64,000 nt of DNA, taken from the NCBI GenBank assembly GCA_010093605.1, contig MU004195.1, positions 1,565,566-1,629,565 on the forward strand, in the 5' to 3' direction. The translations under genes were made by a program, and so were the position numbers. Positions 49,482-61,400 of this stretch are shown here, piece after piece. How positions within the stretch are numbered: position 1 is the first letter of the stretch; every line of letters begins with the position of its first letter. The stretch is from Lophium mytilinum (Eukaryota). The notes under the pieces were generated by a model, which saw only the letters and a program-made list of their open reading frames with translations, searched no databases and was not told the DNA's origin.

Positions 49482-52133
49482 ATGAGCTACCCCTACCAGT
49501 ACTCGCCCCAGGGCCAGCCTGGCCCTCCTTATCCACCCCAGCGACAACAGCAAGCTCCGACAAACGGATACGCGGCGAACGGTTACCCGGTCTATCATCA
49601 GGCTTCGCAGTTGCCTCAGCAGAGGAACATGCAATATGTAAATCCGCAGGTGGTCCAAAGCCAACCGATGGTCGTAATCCCACAAAGATCTAGTCAGCAG
49701 CACAACCAATATCAGACCCAAACCCGACCCTCACCTCAATACCTCTCCCAACCTCTGGCCGCCACTTTCGATTCTATCGATGTCCACCCCCATAATACTC
49801 ACGTGCCCCAGCGACATCCACAAACTCAGCATACTCCGCGACCCCAACATCAAACATCATACCAAGCCCAGCAGCAACAGACTCCCAACGTGCATCAGGC
49901 GCAACAGCGGCAGCAAGACGGGGCACAAAGGCAGCAGCAGACACCACTGCGGCAACATTCGGTAACGCAACAACATCGACAGCCGCTCCAGCATAACCAG
50001 CAACCACCCCGGCCTCAGCAGCAGACACCCCGGCCTCAGCAGCAAACACCGCGCCCGCAACAGAAGACGCCAGGGTCTCAACAGCAGGCCACACGACCTG
50101 GTCAGATCCGGCACCCACAAGTGGTGATTACGACTCCCTCAAGATCTGTCTCTGTGACATCGACGACGCCAAGGGCCTCACCAAGTCCAAATGGAGCGAC
50201 TGATTACAACCCACTGCTGCTCCTACTTGCGGAGGAGTATATAGAAGCTGCACATGGGATGGGTCCGACGGTCTCCCTGACTCATCAGGATCAGGAAACC
50301 TACTACAAGCTTATGTCAACAGGAATGGGATGCATGGAAGCGGTACTGAAAAACTACAAACTGCATCCGGCCGTAGAAGGTCAAATACGACTTCGCTTTG
50401 CCACTCTCTTACACAATGAAACGAATAACGATACAGAGGCTGACACGATTTTGAATCACGGGATCATGCTATGCCAAAGACACCGCCTTCTCGACTTAAA
50501 GTACAGCATGCAGCATCTTCAAGCACGTGTTTTGGCGAAAACAAATCCAGGCGCTGCCATCAAGACCTTGGACAAGGTCATAAGGGAGGCCGAAGACTAT
50601 GGACATGTTGCTTGGGTATACGCGTTGCGGTTTTTGTGTGTCTCGCTGTCCCAACAAACCCCCTCACAGCGTGGTTATTCGACTTCGCTGCATCATCTAG
50701 ATGCAATATCAAGACTTTCGGACGACCACAGAGACTTGGCGATATATGTCGTTTCTGCTACGTTCAAAGCTCTCTTGCACCTACGGACCCCAGGAACAGA
50801 TAGCATGATTGAGGCTCAACGCGCAATTGCTGATGCCCGACAATACCAGCTGGATCGGTCCGTGCAAGGATTAACGCAGATCATGGCCCTTCTCAGTATT
50901 TTGGATGTTGTTTGCAGCATTCAAAATAAAAAGAGAGACGACATTCTTGAAAAGATGAATACCATGCATCAGTTCATGGATCGCCGAAATCCTACTAAAG
51001 GTACGGAACAGACAAGTGATGAAGGGTTTCTGGGCGTACCAATCGATCACAGCTCTAGTGGTCAACTTCACGCATCAACAGGAGGGATTTTCAGAAAGAC
51101 CGCCGATGGGCGAGACCAGCTCGTCTTCGCCTGGTTCCATCACCGGGATATCTATTGCCTAGGCTATTACTTATCCGGTGTAGCAGCCAGTTTGAACAAC
51201 GAAAAGAAATCTATGTACTTCCTGCAGGAGGGAATCAAGCTGATTCGGGGTGTGTACCTTCCTAGCAGTTGTCAGCATCTCCCTGTCACTGATCACATTT
51301 TAGAGAGCTTGCAACAGCATGAGGCACACCCCGAATCGATATCCGAGATGTCTAGTCTTACGAACTGGCGGACCTTGATGGACTGGCACATTAGGTTGCA
51401 ATTGGCTTTCCATTCTTGCAATCGAGCGGATTGGCAAGCCGCCAGGAATACCCAGACATTCTTGCAGCAAACCGCCGGCCATTCCTCTCTGGGCGATGCG
51501 ATGTATCGTGAGCGATTAGCAGTTTATCTAGGAGGCGCCATCGATCAAGGCGCAGGCCAGCTTGACTCTGCTCTACGGTCCTACCAATCAGATATTCTAG
51601 CTCTCCCTGAAGCCGCCCTTGTCAACGATCCAAACACCGATATCGCCATCCTCGCCGCTTTGAACACCCTCCTAATTATCCGAGAGCCTTCACACCCTCA
51701 GCACGTCCAGTTCGGGTATCTTATGACGCAGCTCGAGCCTTTCTGTAGTCATCACAAATCAGGAGATATCGTCGCAGCATTTCAATTAATCCGGGGCTGC
51801 ATCGATAACGCCAGAACCGTGAACTCGACTACCTACATCAAAACAGCCCTGAAAAATGCCAGAGGTGTGTCAAACCAGCAGCTTACATGCATGGCTATGG
51901 CCGCATTTACGTTCCAATTTGCCACCGATAGGCTGGATGAAGGGGCTGTGAAAGCTCATGAAGCATGCCAGAAGGTCGCAGTTCGCGCACAAAGCAAGCT
52001 ATGGGAGTGCACGGCAGACGGGATGCTGGCGACGCTTCTGGAGAAGCTAGGGAATGGTCAACAGGCCGCAGTCGTCAGGACCGAGATTGAGGAGCTGAGA
52101 GAGAGCTTGCCCGAGGACCTGAGGGGTTATTGA
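49482..52133 (+). CDS. SCC4: Cohesin loader subunit Scc4/Ssl3/MAU2-like with Q/P-rich N-terminus; probable in-frame 54-nt intron at 51250-51303
   Basis: LLLAEEYIEAAH, YYKLMSTGMGCMEAVLK, RLRFATLLHNET, DLKYSMQHL; helical repeat body. Confidence 0.85.
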   Translation: MSYPYQYSPQGQPGPPYPPQRQQQAPTNGYAANGYPVYHQASQLPQQRNMQYVNPQVVQSQPMVVIPQRSSQQHNQYQTQTRPSPQYLSQPLAATFDSIDVHPHNTHVPQRHPQTQHTPRPQHQTSYQAQQQQTPNVHQAQQRQQDGAQRQQQTPLRQHSVTQQHRQPLQHNQQPPRPQQQTPRPQQQTPRPQQKTPGSQQQATRPGQIRHPQVVITTPSRSVSVTSTTPRASPSPNGATDYNPLLLLLAEEYIEAAHGMGPTVSLTHQDQETYYKLMSTGMGCMEAVLKNYKLHPAVEGQIRLRFATLLHNETNNDTEADTILNHGIMLCQRHRLLDLKYSMQHLQARVLAKTNPGAAIKTLDKVIREAEDYGHVAWVYALRFLCVSLSQQTPSQRGYSTSLHHLDAISRLSDDHRDLAIYVVSATFKALLHLRTPGTDSMIEAQRAIADARQYQLDRSVQGLTQIMALLSILDVVCSIQNKKRDDILEKMNTMHQFMDRRNPTKGTEQTSDEGFLGVPIDHSSSGQLHASTGGIFRKTADGRDQLVFAWFHHRDIYCLGYYLSGVAASLNNEKKSMYFLQEGIKLIRGVYLPSSCQHLPVTDHILESLQQHEAHPESISEMSSLTNWRTLMDWHIRLQLAFHSCNRADWQAARNTQTFLQQTAGHSSLGDAMYRERLAVYLGGAIDQGAGQLDSALRSYQSDILALPEAALVNDPNTDIAILAALNTLLIIREPSHPQHVQFGYLMTQLEPFCSHHKSGDIVAAFQLIRGCIDNARTVNSTTYIKTALKNARGVSNQQLTCMAMAAFTFQFATDRLDEGAVKAHEACQKVAVRAQSKLWECTADGMLATLLEKLGNGQQAAVVRTEIEELRESLPEDLRGY
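49999..50075 (+). repeat. 21-bp coding tandem repeat (QQQTPRP x3-4) in SCC4
   Basis: ccccggcctcagcagcagaca-like units. Confidence 0.8.
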
Positions 52134-53187
52134 AGCCGTTTTCATGCCGGTGCGATTTTTCGACGATACCATGTCATCTGTGGGTGTTATGTGGCGTTCT
52201 GTGTTTGTGGGCATGGTGTATCACACGCATACTGTCCGATGCTACGCGAGTATCTTGTCATGGTCTTTTGTCTTTCTTTCTTTATGGGCAAAACGGCAAT
52301 ACTGTGCAGGAGAAGGAGACATTTTCTGGCGTTCCAAAAATATCATGGGGCAAGCATGTATGTGGAGCATCGAGGTCCACAGCTCTTACACGGGATGCGA
52401 TGGTAGGTACCTGTATCAGTACCATGGTGTGATATACTTTATGTTAAATGGCCATTGAACTAGGTGTAGTTGAGTAGATGAAAGCTGTAGTAGCTTTACG
52501 AACGACTGATGGTGGAATGAACAGAACATTTATGAATCTCGTTTCAAAAAGGCACTACCGTCTCATCTCCAATCTCCACTTCTCTCTCCGTCTCTCTCGA
52601 CCCCACCCCTTTCCTCGCCTTGAAGTTAACATATCTCACACCAAACCATTCCGCCGCACTCTCTTTCAATCCAGAATCCTTCTACCAAATCCATGCCCGC
52701 CCTCGCCATTCCACTCTATGTCCCAGCTCCCTATCCCTTGCCATGACAGATCCAGCACATCCGGTTCACTCCCTGGAAACGCAGCTCGACTACCCAATGA
52801 ATCTTCGATAAATCTTTTGTTCTGCCGCCTTTCTCAGTACTTTTATTCGCGACTGTTCAAATGCGGAGAGCGCTTTAGAAGTAGCTAGGAAGTCCGCTTG
52901 CAGAGGAGTTAGGTCCGATGGGCTATTGAGGTGTATGTCTCAGTGATATCAGGAACGTTCAAAGCGGACTTGGTGACGGTGATATAGAATTTGCCACTAT
53001 CAGGCAGCGGCATTCGTAATGGGTAGTTGAGGTTATCGGAAATCGGTGGAAGGACGGATGGTGGACGTCACCTTCCGTCGTTCAGCTTCGAATTTCTTGA
53101 ACTCCTTCTCTCCGCGACATTCTCCGCGAAAATGGCATTCTCAGGCTTACGCAAATGCTAGTTCGTTAGCTGTATAGATATGTTAGA

Positions 53188-53288
53188 CGCCGCCTGAAGT
53201 GACCTCGCGAGGCTCCAGTCTATTCAAATCTCTAAACAAAAGTCGTTTCCAGGATCTTCAGAACGGGTCGAGGTCACTTCAGACGGCG
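53188..53288. repeat. 20-bp inverted repeat (1 mismatch) around a 61-bp spacer
   Basis: cgccgcctgaagtgacctcg (53188-53207) versus cgaggtcacttcagacggcg (53269-53288). Confidence 0.8.
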
Positions 53289-53491
53289 ACATCCAGCCCT
53301 GGTGAAATCTAGCTCTGGTGACATCCAGCTCTACAGAAGTCAGTTGGGACCCGCTTGAATCACCGCATCCGTCATTCACTACTTCACCATCAGCAATCTC
53401 TTCAACGCCAGTCTTTCGCGTCCGCAGCCAACCGTCACACTCCGCGCGCCCTCACTACAACCTCTCGGAACGGAATCAAGTACCAGCACCC

Positions 53492-54352
53492 ATGATGACA
53501 ATCTCGTCCACCGTCTATAACGTGCGAAACGCGTTCCTGGTCTACATCTTCACCTGGCCTGTCGTCATATTCGTCGGTACCTTGCTGTGGGAGTTTCTCA
53601 AAGTCTTCTATTTCCTCATACTCTGCTCCACACTCATCAAGATCAACTTTGCCCTCTGGACGCTGCTCCATCTCTACCGGCTGACTCTGTTCCTCACCGC
53701 CTCCGCCCTCGAAGCCAAGCTCACCCTGGCATGTCGACTCGAGCCGTCAACCCAGCCACGGCCGGACTTCCTACAGCGCCTCGTGGGCATGGACGCACGA
53801 CGGCGGACAATGGGCCAGCCTTGGTCCTACGGCACAGTGCTGGGCTATTGGCGCATGCGCATGCCCGCAATCTTGCTAGTCACTATCATAGCAGCAGCAA
53901 TGCTGCTCGCCCCGAGCTCAGGAGCGTTGTTTTGGGTGTGGGTGCCCCTATCCTGGGTCGTGCGGCTCTTAGTGTCGGCGGTGTTCATGTACTATTTACA
54001 TTGGATCGAATGCCCGGCTCTGGATACGGAGTACAAGCGGATGATAACTTTGAGGTGGATTATTTTGAACAGCGTGAACATACGCTGTATGGAATGGCTG
54101 GTCTGGCTGATGAACGCCTTCAGTGGGGAGCAGATTGTGCAACGGGAAGATGATTGGGAATACCTGGAAACTCGGCACGTCGACTCACGTATGGAACTAG
54201 AGAACTTCCGGCAGCAGCTTCCGCAGAGCGAGGAGGCCCGCGATGGAACATTCCATGAACCTGAGGAGACAAGGCAGCTGGTGGAGAAAACGAGGGTCGT
54301 TGACGAGGCACTGCGGCTTATGGGGGAGGAAGTGCGCAAGCACATCGAATAG
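53492..54352 (+). CDS. Orphan multi-pass membrane protein
   Basis: Long single ORF (first ATG 53492) with four to five hydrophobic segments and a charged C-terminal tail. Confidence 0.65.
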   Translation: MMTISSTVYNVRNAFLVYIFTWPVVIFVGTLLWEFLKVFYFLILCSTLIKINFALWTLLHLYRLTLFLTASALEAKLTLACRLEPSTQPRPDFLQRLVGMDARRRTMGQPWSYGTVLGYWRMRMPAILLVTIIAAAMLLAPSSGALFWVWVPLSWVVRLLVSAVFMYYLHWIECPALDTEYKRMITLRWIILNSVNIRCMEWLVWLMNAFSGEQIVQREDDWEYLETRHVDSRMELENFRQQLPQSEEARDGTFHEPEETRQLVEKTRVVDEALRLMGEEVRKHIE

Positions 54353-54831
54353 TTATACGTTACTAGTGAGGTCTTACACCCCCCTCCCCCCCTGGGTGCT
54401 CTAGCGCGTTTCGCAGCTATTCAAATCGATCGGACATTGGCATGCTTCGATCGCAATGCATACATGTCTAACACTGTATGAAGTGCTTCTGTCCAATCTG
54501 AGACATTTTTAAAAAACTTACATAGTCACGCCGTCGTCATTGTCTTGGTTTGCATCAAAGCATCTGCGGCGACTTTCCCGAAACTCCTAGAGTAAAACAA
54601 AGACTGGTACTGCTCATCCGAGACTTTCTCTTTAACTGCTTGTTGGTTAGGCTCGGAGCTTCTTGTAAATGATAAGATACGGGAAAGGCCCACACGGTGG
54701 GTGAATGCTCCGCAAAGTACTCACCCGTTATAAAGGCTTCATGAGACACGTACTAAACCCCAGCAGATCCACGACCAACCGCCCTTACCGTAAATACACC
54801 ACCAGGTCTGCACTCGTCTTCGGAGCTCAAG

Positions 54832-55654
54832 ATGCCCGGGGAAACGGTCCATCCCCTCCTCCCCCAGCTACGAGTGTATCTCGTATACGCTGTTGTCCCT
54901 GGATTGCTTTGGTTCGATGCCAAAGTAGATCCAGAAGTCGATACATGGGCTGAGCGGCTGTTGTCAGAGTCTGACTCGCTCAACATCCTCGCATCCACCG
55001 TCATCAAGCCAGTCATCGTCGGCATGTTCATAGCCTTCATCAGCTGGCTGGCGTCCTGGTATGGCTTTGCGCTCCTATTCCCACTCCGCCGCATTCACTT
55101 CGGGGCCAATTGTCAACTGTTTGTCCCACTGCTCGCGGGCCTTCTGATCGGCTCCACGGTATTGGCTCTGTCATTGGATGTGCCCACGGGGACTCATAGA
55201 GTATTGCGGAATTGGAGCCCTGTTCGTGTCCTGGTGGATATCGAGGAACTCTATATGGCCACCTTGCTTACCTGCGGCTACATGCATTGCATCTCCATGA
55301 CGGCCCAAGTCATCATCCTGACCTACTGCAGAGACTTCTACGCACCGGAGTCTTGGGCCATTTTTGAGTACACCGAGGAGCCTCGTACGGTCCCCGTGCC
55401 TTTGATTCGCGTAGTTTCCGAAAAGCATCTGGTAAGCATTTTGCCGCAAAAACTCTAGAAGGGTTGCTAACTACATATCTTAGCTTCAAGAAGTGAAAGT
55501 CGGAGAATCGAGATCCGGTATCAGCAACGAAAATGATGATAGTACTGACGGAAGCACGAGCTTCATCGAAGAGGACGAGTTGGCGGAGAAGCCGTGGGGA
55601 AGCGTGATCCAGGACGAGGAGCAAGTGATCGAAGACGATTTGGAGGATGTCTAG
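54832..55654 (+). CDS. Orphan multi-pass membrane protein with acidic tail (2 exons)
   Basis: About four TM segments; intron GTAAGC...CTAAC...TAG at about 55432-55483 continues the frame to ...EDDLEDV*. Confidence 0.65.
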
Positions 55655-56660
55655 AATCAGTTTGTCCGGCGAGAGGAGTGTGAATGACAGTGTGGAATTG
55701 AATACAGATTGGGGACTGAGATGCCGAGCTTATGGAACTTCTGAATATCCGGATGGCTACTCGATTTATAGAGCGACGGAATATATGTCAACGACTGTAG
55801 TTCTCCGAAGGTAGGACCGTTGGACTTTTCATCCATAGAAAGTGGAGGTATGGCGGGCTGTAACGAGCATTTTCAGGGGCATTAATTGCTGTACCTTGAG
55901 AGTTCAGAAGATCGTTTGACCAACGGACTGTTTTGTCCCCCATAGAATTAAGAAGCACATAGAGTCTCGATTGGAACCCTCTTACCTCAGCTCATCACCT
56001 CTTGCACTGTATATGTGATTATTTAATCGTGGACACCAGGTTGAGACGACGCACGGAGGGAGGCGTGTTCCAGCTTTGTTAAAATATAGCAATCACCTAC
56101 AGCAACCAATGCGGTACCAAACTTGGGTGCATTCCTGGATATTAGCTCGTCTCCCACCTAATATCAGACGCAACGGCCTGCATTTGACAAGCTTTGACGA
56201 CACCACTTAAGGAGAGTCGGGACCGCCAGCATCAAATCATTCTAATGATACTAACCGTCGCCCTTCCAACCCAACTCGCGTCATCTTCAATACCCGTTTG
56301 TGAGCTCCGTTCTTGCCCCTTTCAGCCACCAGCTCAAATCTTGTCCATCGGCACCCGTGATCTGAGACAGCACTCTCTTATCCTGGATTGATCGAGAGGT
56401 GGGGAAGTTAGGACTTGGAGCGGTTCTGAGAGGGTTTTTGTAAGTTCTTCCGCATAAGAGGATTTCGCCTTCGTTCTAATCGATCATAACGACCAAAGAA
56501 TTAAGAAGGGGTAGCTTGCAATTGTATGGGAATGTGAAGATTACATCAAATACCGGATATGGGGGGTAACTTTGGTACGTACCCGTTCATGCCCAGGTCT
56601 CCTTTTCAGCTCGGCTGCAGTCCCGGAACTCATCCCGCTTATGCCATACTCAGATCACGA

Positions 56661-57420
56661 CTAATCAGCAATGTCTCTTTCGCAGCACCCATATGATCCT
56701 GGGTCAGCATTATACGACCACTTGTACGGCATCTTCCCACAATCACAGGTAAGTATTGCATAGCAATCTTTCCATTTCCTCCCCTTCGCCCTCCCTGCCC
56801 TCCCCGCTCGCTACACTTCGCCTTCATTACCCCCCCTAATTACGGCCTCCAATGCCTCGAGACCAACTCCTCCCACTTTCAACCTCCAACCGCCCATTCA
56901 ACACTTCCTCACGAAACTACTCCGCCCACCCTACCAGCTCCGCACGCTTCTCCTCGACAACGGGGCCCAGAGTTCTTTAGGGGCGGACAACCGTCGAAGC
57001 CAACACCCCCCTATCCCCTCATCCCCTACCTCCTCTCCTCCGCTCCTCAAAACGCACCCCTAGACTCCCAATTTCTCAAGCGGTGAGTGACCCACACGCA
57101 GCTCTATAGCTTCCGCAACGCTGTGATCAGCGTAGACGTAAGCCGGAGGCAGAGGAGGGGAAGCCGGTAACCGAAACCTCCTTTCTGCGCGGTTGTGCGG
57201 GAGGTTGGGTATATAGTGGAGGCTTAGCAGAGGGTGGGATCGCGGGAGGATGTGGAGGCGGACCGGGGGGTGGATTGGAAGGCGGCGGAGGGGGCGGGCT
57301 TGTGGTAGGTGATGGTTGGAAGACGGATGGGAGGGCCGAGTGGATGAGATGATCGGGCTGGAGGGGATGAGGACGTGTTTCCATCAAGATCTACCGGACT
57401 TCTCATCGTCTTCCACATTT
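56661..57420 (-). pseudogene. Decayed gene, paralogous at its 3' end to the relic at 18.1-19.0 kb
   Basis: Ends PYKWSYNADPGSYGCCERDIAD*; 51/60 nt identity to 18900-18959; upstream frames broken. Confidence 0.4.
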
Positions 57421-57721
57421 TGGTCTCGAGGTCCGAGATAAGCATGATTAAGTTGACTCTGATATTTGTAAGAAGTTTCAGCGAAGGTCATCGTTCTATC
57501 TATCCATTGTCAGCAAGTGCGGTTCTAAAAACGGTGCGGTGTTTCCTAGATTACATCCAATACCACTGACTTTATGTTGGAGGCAAGCTCCATCAGTCGT
57601 AGTGAGCGCAACAACTCCCGTCTTTCCAGTTGTTGTATGGGAAGAGAAGGGTAGAATGGAGTTGGTGAAGGTCGCCCTTTCATCTAGCTAGGATTTCAGC
57701 CATTACGATGTACCCAATAGG

Positions 57722-60700
57722 CTAGAGCGTCTGTTTTGCCGCTAACACTTTGGCGGGCATAACTTTCCGAGCGTGTTTCTTTGAGAAGAATTCTGGCATC
57801 GTTAGATATCGTTGTCGTTGAGAACCGAATGAAACTTGAGACTGAGAACGCTTACTGAATAGAGACAACGATGCCCTTTTGCTCTTCGTCTTGTGGGATT
57901 CCTTGGCCGGGGATTGTCCATGCAGGATCGCGAACTCATTCAACTCCTCGAGAGCACCCGGTTTGATCTTGTGCTTAGGTGCATTTGCTACGTGATCTAG
58001 AATTGTCGAGCCTTCGAATATCTCGCCAAAATCTGCTCCGTTATCGAGGAGGAACCTCATCATGTCCAATCCTCGAGCATATGAGATGTCTCTTTCAGAG
58101 AGGTACGGATACGGAAGCAACTTACGCAAATTGCTTGATGGCGCAGTGTTATATACATACGCAGCATCAAGAAGCAATGGGACCAAGCGATCGTCTCGGT
58201 CCATGGGGTTCCAGGACGGAAGTTTTGATTCCAGATACCAAACAAAACCAAATGCGACAACATAGTTGAGAAAGTCTCTCGGACGATGTTTGGGCCATCC
58301 ATCCACAATCTGGTCTATATGTGTCCAATGTGGTCGTACTCCAAGATGTGTATCAGCTAAGGTAGTCATCATAGACTTGCCATTTTTCGAGCTTTTGAAA
58401 GTCAAATAAACAAGGGTCGTATCGAGTTGATCCAGCGCTTTGATCCGGACATTCATGCTGGTATCACTCCGACATTCTGAGAGATGACGTACGAAACCTT
58501 TCATCAAAGCTTCTAGCTCTCCGATGTTGTCTGCTATATTGGTTTTCATCAACATAAGGTACGACAAGGTAAGCGACAGATTTGGATCGAAAGACTTGGG
58601 GGCCGTGTTCTTGATCTTTTCCCATGTATCTTCATCTTCAATGAAATCTTTCACAGTCCTATGGAGATACTCAACCGTAGAAAAGGCCGAAAGGTGGCGT
58701 TTAGGGACCTCAAGTAAGCCCTTGCATCGGCTGTTTAAGCGACGTCGAAACCTATCGATTTTAGCTTCAAGCTTCTCGGGGTCCAACGGTGCTATCGTTG
58801 CTTCGAGAATAGCATCCGCATCTTCATCTGCAAATGCGAAGGTCAACACTTGTAAAGGTGATTGGATCTCGCCTGAGGACGCTCGAAATATTTGGAAGAG
58901 CTGAGACGCATGCTCCCTGTGCGCTGGTTCCTGGCTATCCAGAATCTTTTGGAAAAAGCCCTCAAGGTCAGGGGGGATTGACTCGAGCCGTTTCTCTAGG
59001 TCGTTCATATTGTCTCCGTTGCTGAGGCCGGCCAGGAGAAGGTCTACTACCAAGGATACCCAAAGAAAAACACCGGAAGCTTTCTGGGCAATATCTTCCG
59101 TCAACTTTGTGGCGTACTCAGGATCTTCTGCTTTCAAAGCAAGATATCCCGCATTCTTGCCAAAGCTCGAAGTGATAAAATGTCTCATGTCCGGGAGAGT
59201 TAACTCATGTATGTGCAGACTTGGGCGCTTTGCAAACGCATCCTCGAACACAGGCCAGAGACGGCTGGATACACACATCTTGACTCTGCAATTTGGTAAG
59301 GTCAATAGCTTCTCCAGGAACACAATAAGTTGTTGCTTTTCGCCTTGATACTCGTCTAAACCGTCAATGAGGAAGAAAAATCGCTTCGATGGCCCGACTT
59401 GTTCGATCAAACGCAGGAATGCCCGGAGCAACTCAGTCCACGTGAGATCTTCATTTGGCGGTAAACCTAGGAGGCTGAAAGTTTCCCATCGGTCCGGAAA
59501 TGCAGACGGCGCAATATCTTGACACTGGGCGACAATCTGGCGTAACAAGGACTGGACAAGCCCATGTTGGGACATTTCAACGGATGCGCCAGAATTCCAG
59601 AAGAAGAAACCGGCCCTCACAACTGGGATGCCATGGTCCATCGATTCGGAAAGCAGCCTATCCGTCCGCGGGTCGTCGTGGAGCAGCTTCATAAGCGTCG
59701 TTTTGCCCGCGCCGGCCTTTCCTGAGATCCAGTACAGTTGGGACCGGCTTTCAAGCCACTCGGAGAAGTTGTCCCATGTTGCGCCAATGCCCTCAGTGCC
59801 TTCAGGTGTATCTGTACGATAAATCCATTCGAACGTCTCTCGATACCGATCGCTGATTCGGTCATGTCGGTCTTGTCTCTCTTTATAGTCCAGACAACGG
59901 AGGATGTGTCGCGCGAACTCGTCAGCCTGCACTTGAAGTCCAAGCTCTCCGAGGTTGGACCGCGAGAATATTGACGAGTCATAGTTGAGGTCATTTGTGT
60001 ATTGCTCGCGAATAATCTGAATCAAGTCTTTACCCCACTGCCGATTTTCCTGGATATGGGCCTGGAGTGTCTTCAGCACTGATTCGAGGCGGCCGCCAAC
60101 ATCGGACCGTGAAGAGTACACCTCTTCTCTATCCAGCGTCAGCTCTAGAATAGTGTGTTCAATACTATATCATAGGTCCAGGCACACTTTGGATTTTGGA
60201 AATGCGGCGGGGAGCCTGAGCTGTGGCGGACGAGTGTGACCGGACTTATGACTTGTGACTGTAGTCGTTCCATAGCTCAAAATACGCGTCGAAACATACC
60301 GTAATATTACCACAATGTTCAGCGTCAACTGTTGACGAAAGCCATCGATCCTTCGCTGTAGTTCCTCTATGTGGTCTTCTTTCCACCTGCTTTTCAACGC
60401 TGATAGGCAACTTTGCCACCGCGTGCCTTCTTGTTCAAGCTGTATGGAGTCTAGCACTTGTATAAGCTCCGCTGCGACACGTTGTGCGTCTTGGCAAAGA
60501 GTTCGGAGGTCGTGAGATTGCTGAGAGGTTGAGTCGGTCGCTTGAAGCCGCTGGAGCTCCTGACTCTGGGCCGAGAGTGTCTGGGTGATGTGACGGAGAT
60601 CATCATGTTCATCCGTTCGCCCATCAGTGGATCTGTAGAGCTTTCGGCTTCCCGAGATCAGTTTACTCGAGAATTCTACAAAGGTAACAACGCCAGTTGC

Positions 60701-60727
60701 CACGGCGAGCGCGGAGAAAGGCTCCAT
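57722..60727 (-). CDS. NACHT-domain STAND/NLR-like protein with N-terminal HeLo-like/SesA-type helical domain (2 exons)
   Basis: MEPFSALAVATGVVTFVEFSSKLI N-terminus; TFEWI; Walker A WISGKAGAGKTTLMK; Walker B FFLIDGLDE; CVSSR; ASGVFLWV; YLHRTVKDF; degenerate ankyrin FLLDNGAD. Confidence 0.93.
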
Positions 60728-61079
60728 GTACGTATGCGCAGACGAGCTTGTGAAGCGACTATAATCATGGACGATAGAATGTAGAAAGTTGCGGAAGATA
60801 TTTCAGCTAGCAAGGCTGATAATGAAGCGTAGCGGATCACGGAATTGAAGAATGCAAAGGTGCGCATCAAGAGATAGAAGAAAGCGGGGGGAGCCTAGGC
60901 GGCACAGCCCTCGCGACAAGGCTGAATTGCAGCCTTGGGACGAGGCTGAAGCAAGCAAGGTCTTGCGGCCTAATATGGATTAATTGAGTGACGCATCTGC
61001 AGCTCTTTCAGCTGCCCTCCTCTGGAAGTGCTGTAAAGAATACCGGTGTGCCCGGAAGTCGGGAAGGCTTGATAGTTGG

Positions 61080-61400
61080 GAATTGGGTAGGCGCTAGAAC
61101 TATTCTATTCTAGTACTAGAGATAACAAAATCGTAAACATGTACTAGGGTGGAATAGTATGTATAATATACTCTATTATTCTCTATTGAGTTTACGAGGT
61201 AATGCTTAACTAAAACAACATAGCCATCTTACCCACCTCCTGTCTCCACCACGGGCCTGAATGCATTGCTGAAAGTGCTCCATGCTTCCCGGACATACAT
61301 TTCTCCATCAATATAGCTAGACAATCTCTCAAGTTGAAGTGTGGGTGCCGTGCGCGGAAATTTAGAGCATCTTAGTATTTTTCTAAGATGATACGGTTAT
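61080..61400. mobile_element. TpA-rich RIP-like relic
   Basis: ctattctattctagtactagag...gtatgtataatatactctattatt; AT-rich, no ORF. Confidence 0.3.

Noticed and set aside
51250..51303. Apparent protein insertion in SCC4, and similarly in MAK10 at 41468-41536
   Set aside because: Ordinary in-frame, stop-free introns with canonical signals.
52478..52888. Short ORFs downstream of SCC4
   Set aside because: Broken frames and no domain; at most another unidentifiable relic.
56712..56720. atacgacca resembling the start of 5S rRNA
   Set aside because: No further 5S similarity downstream.
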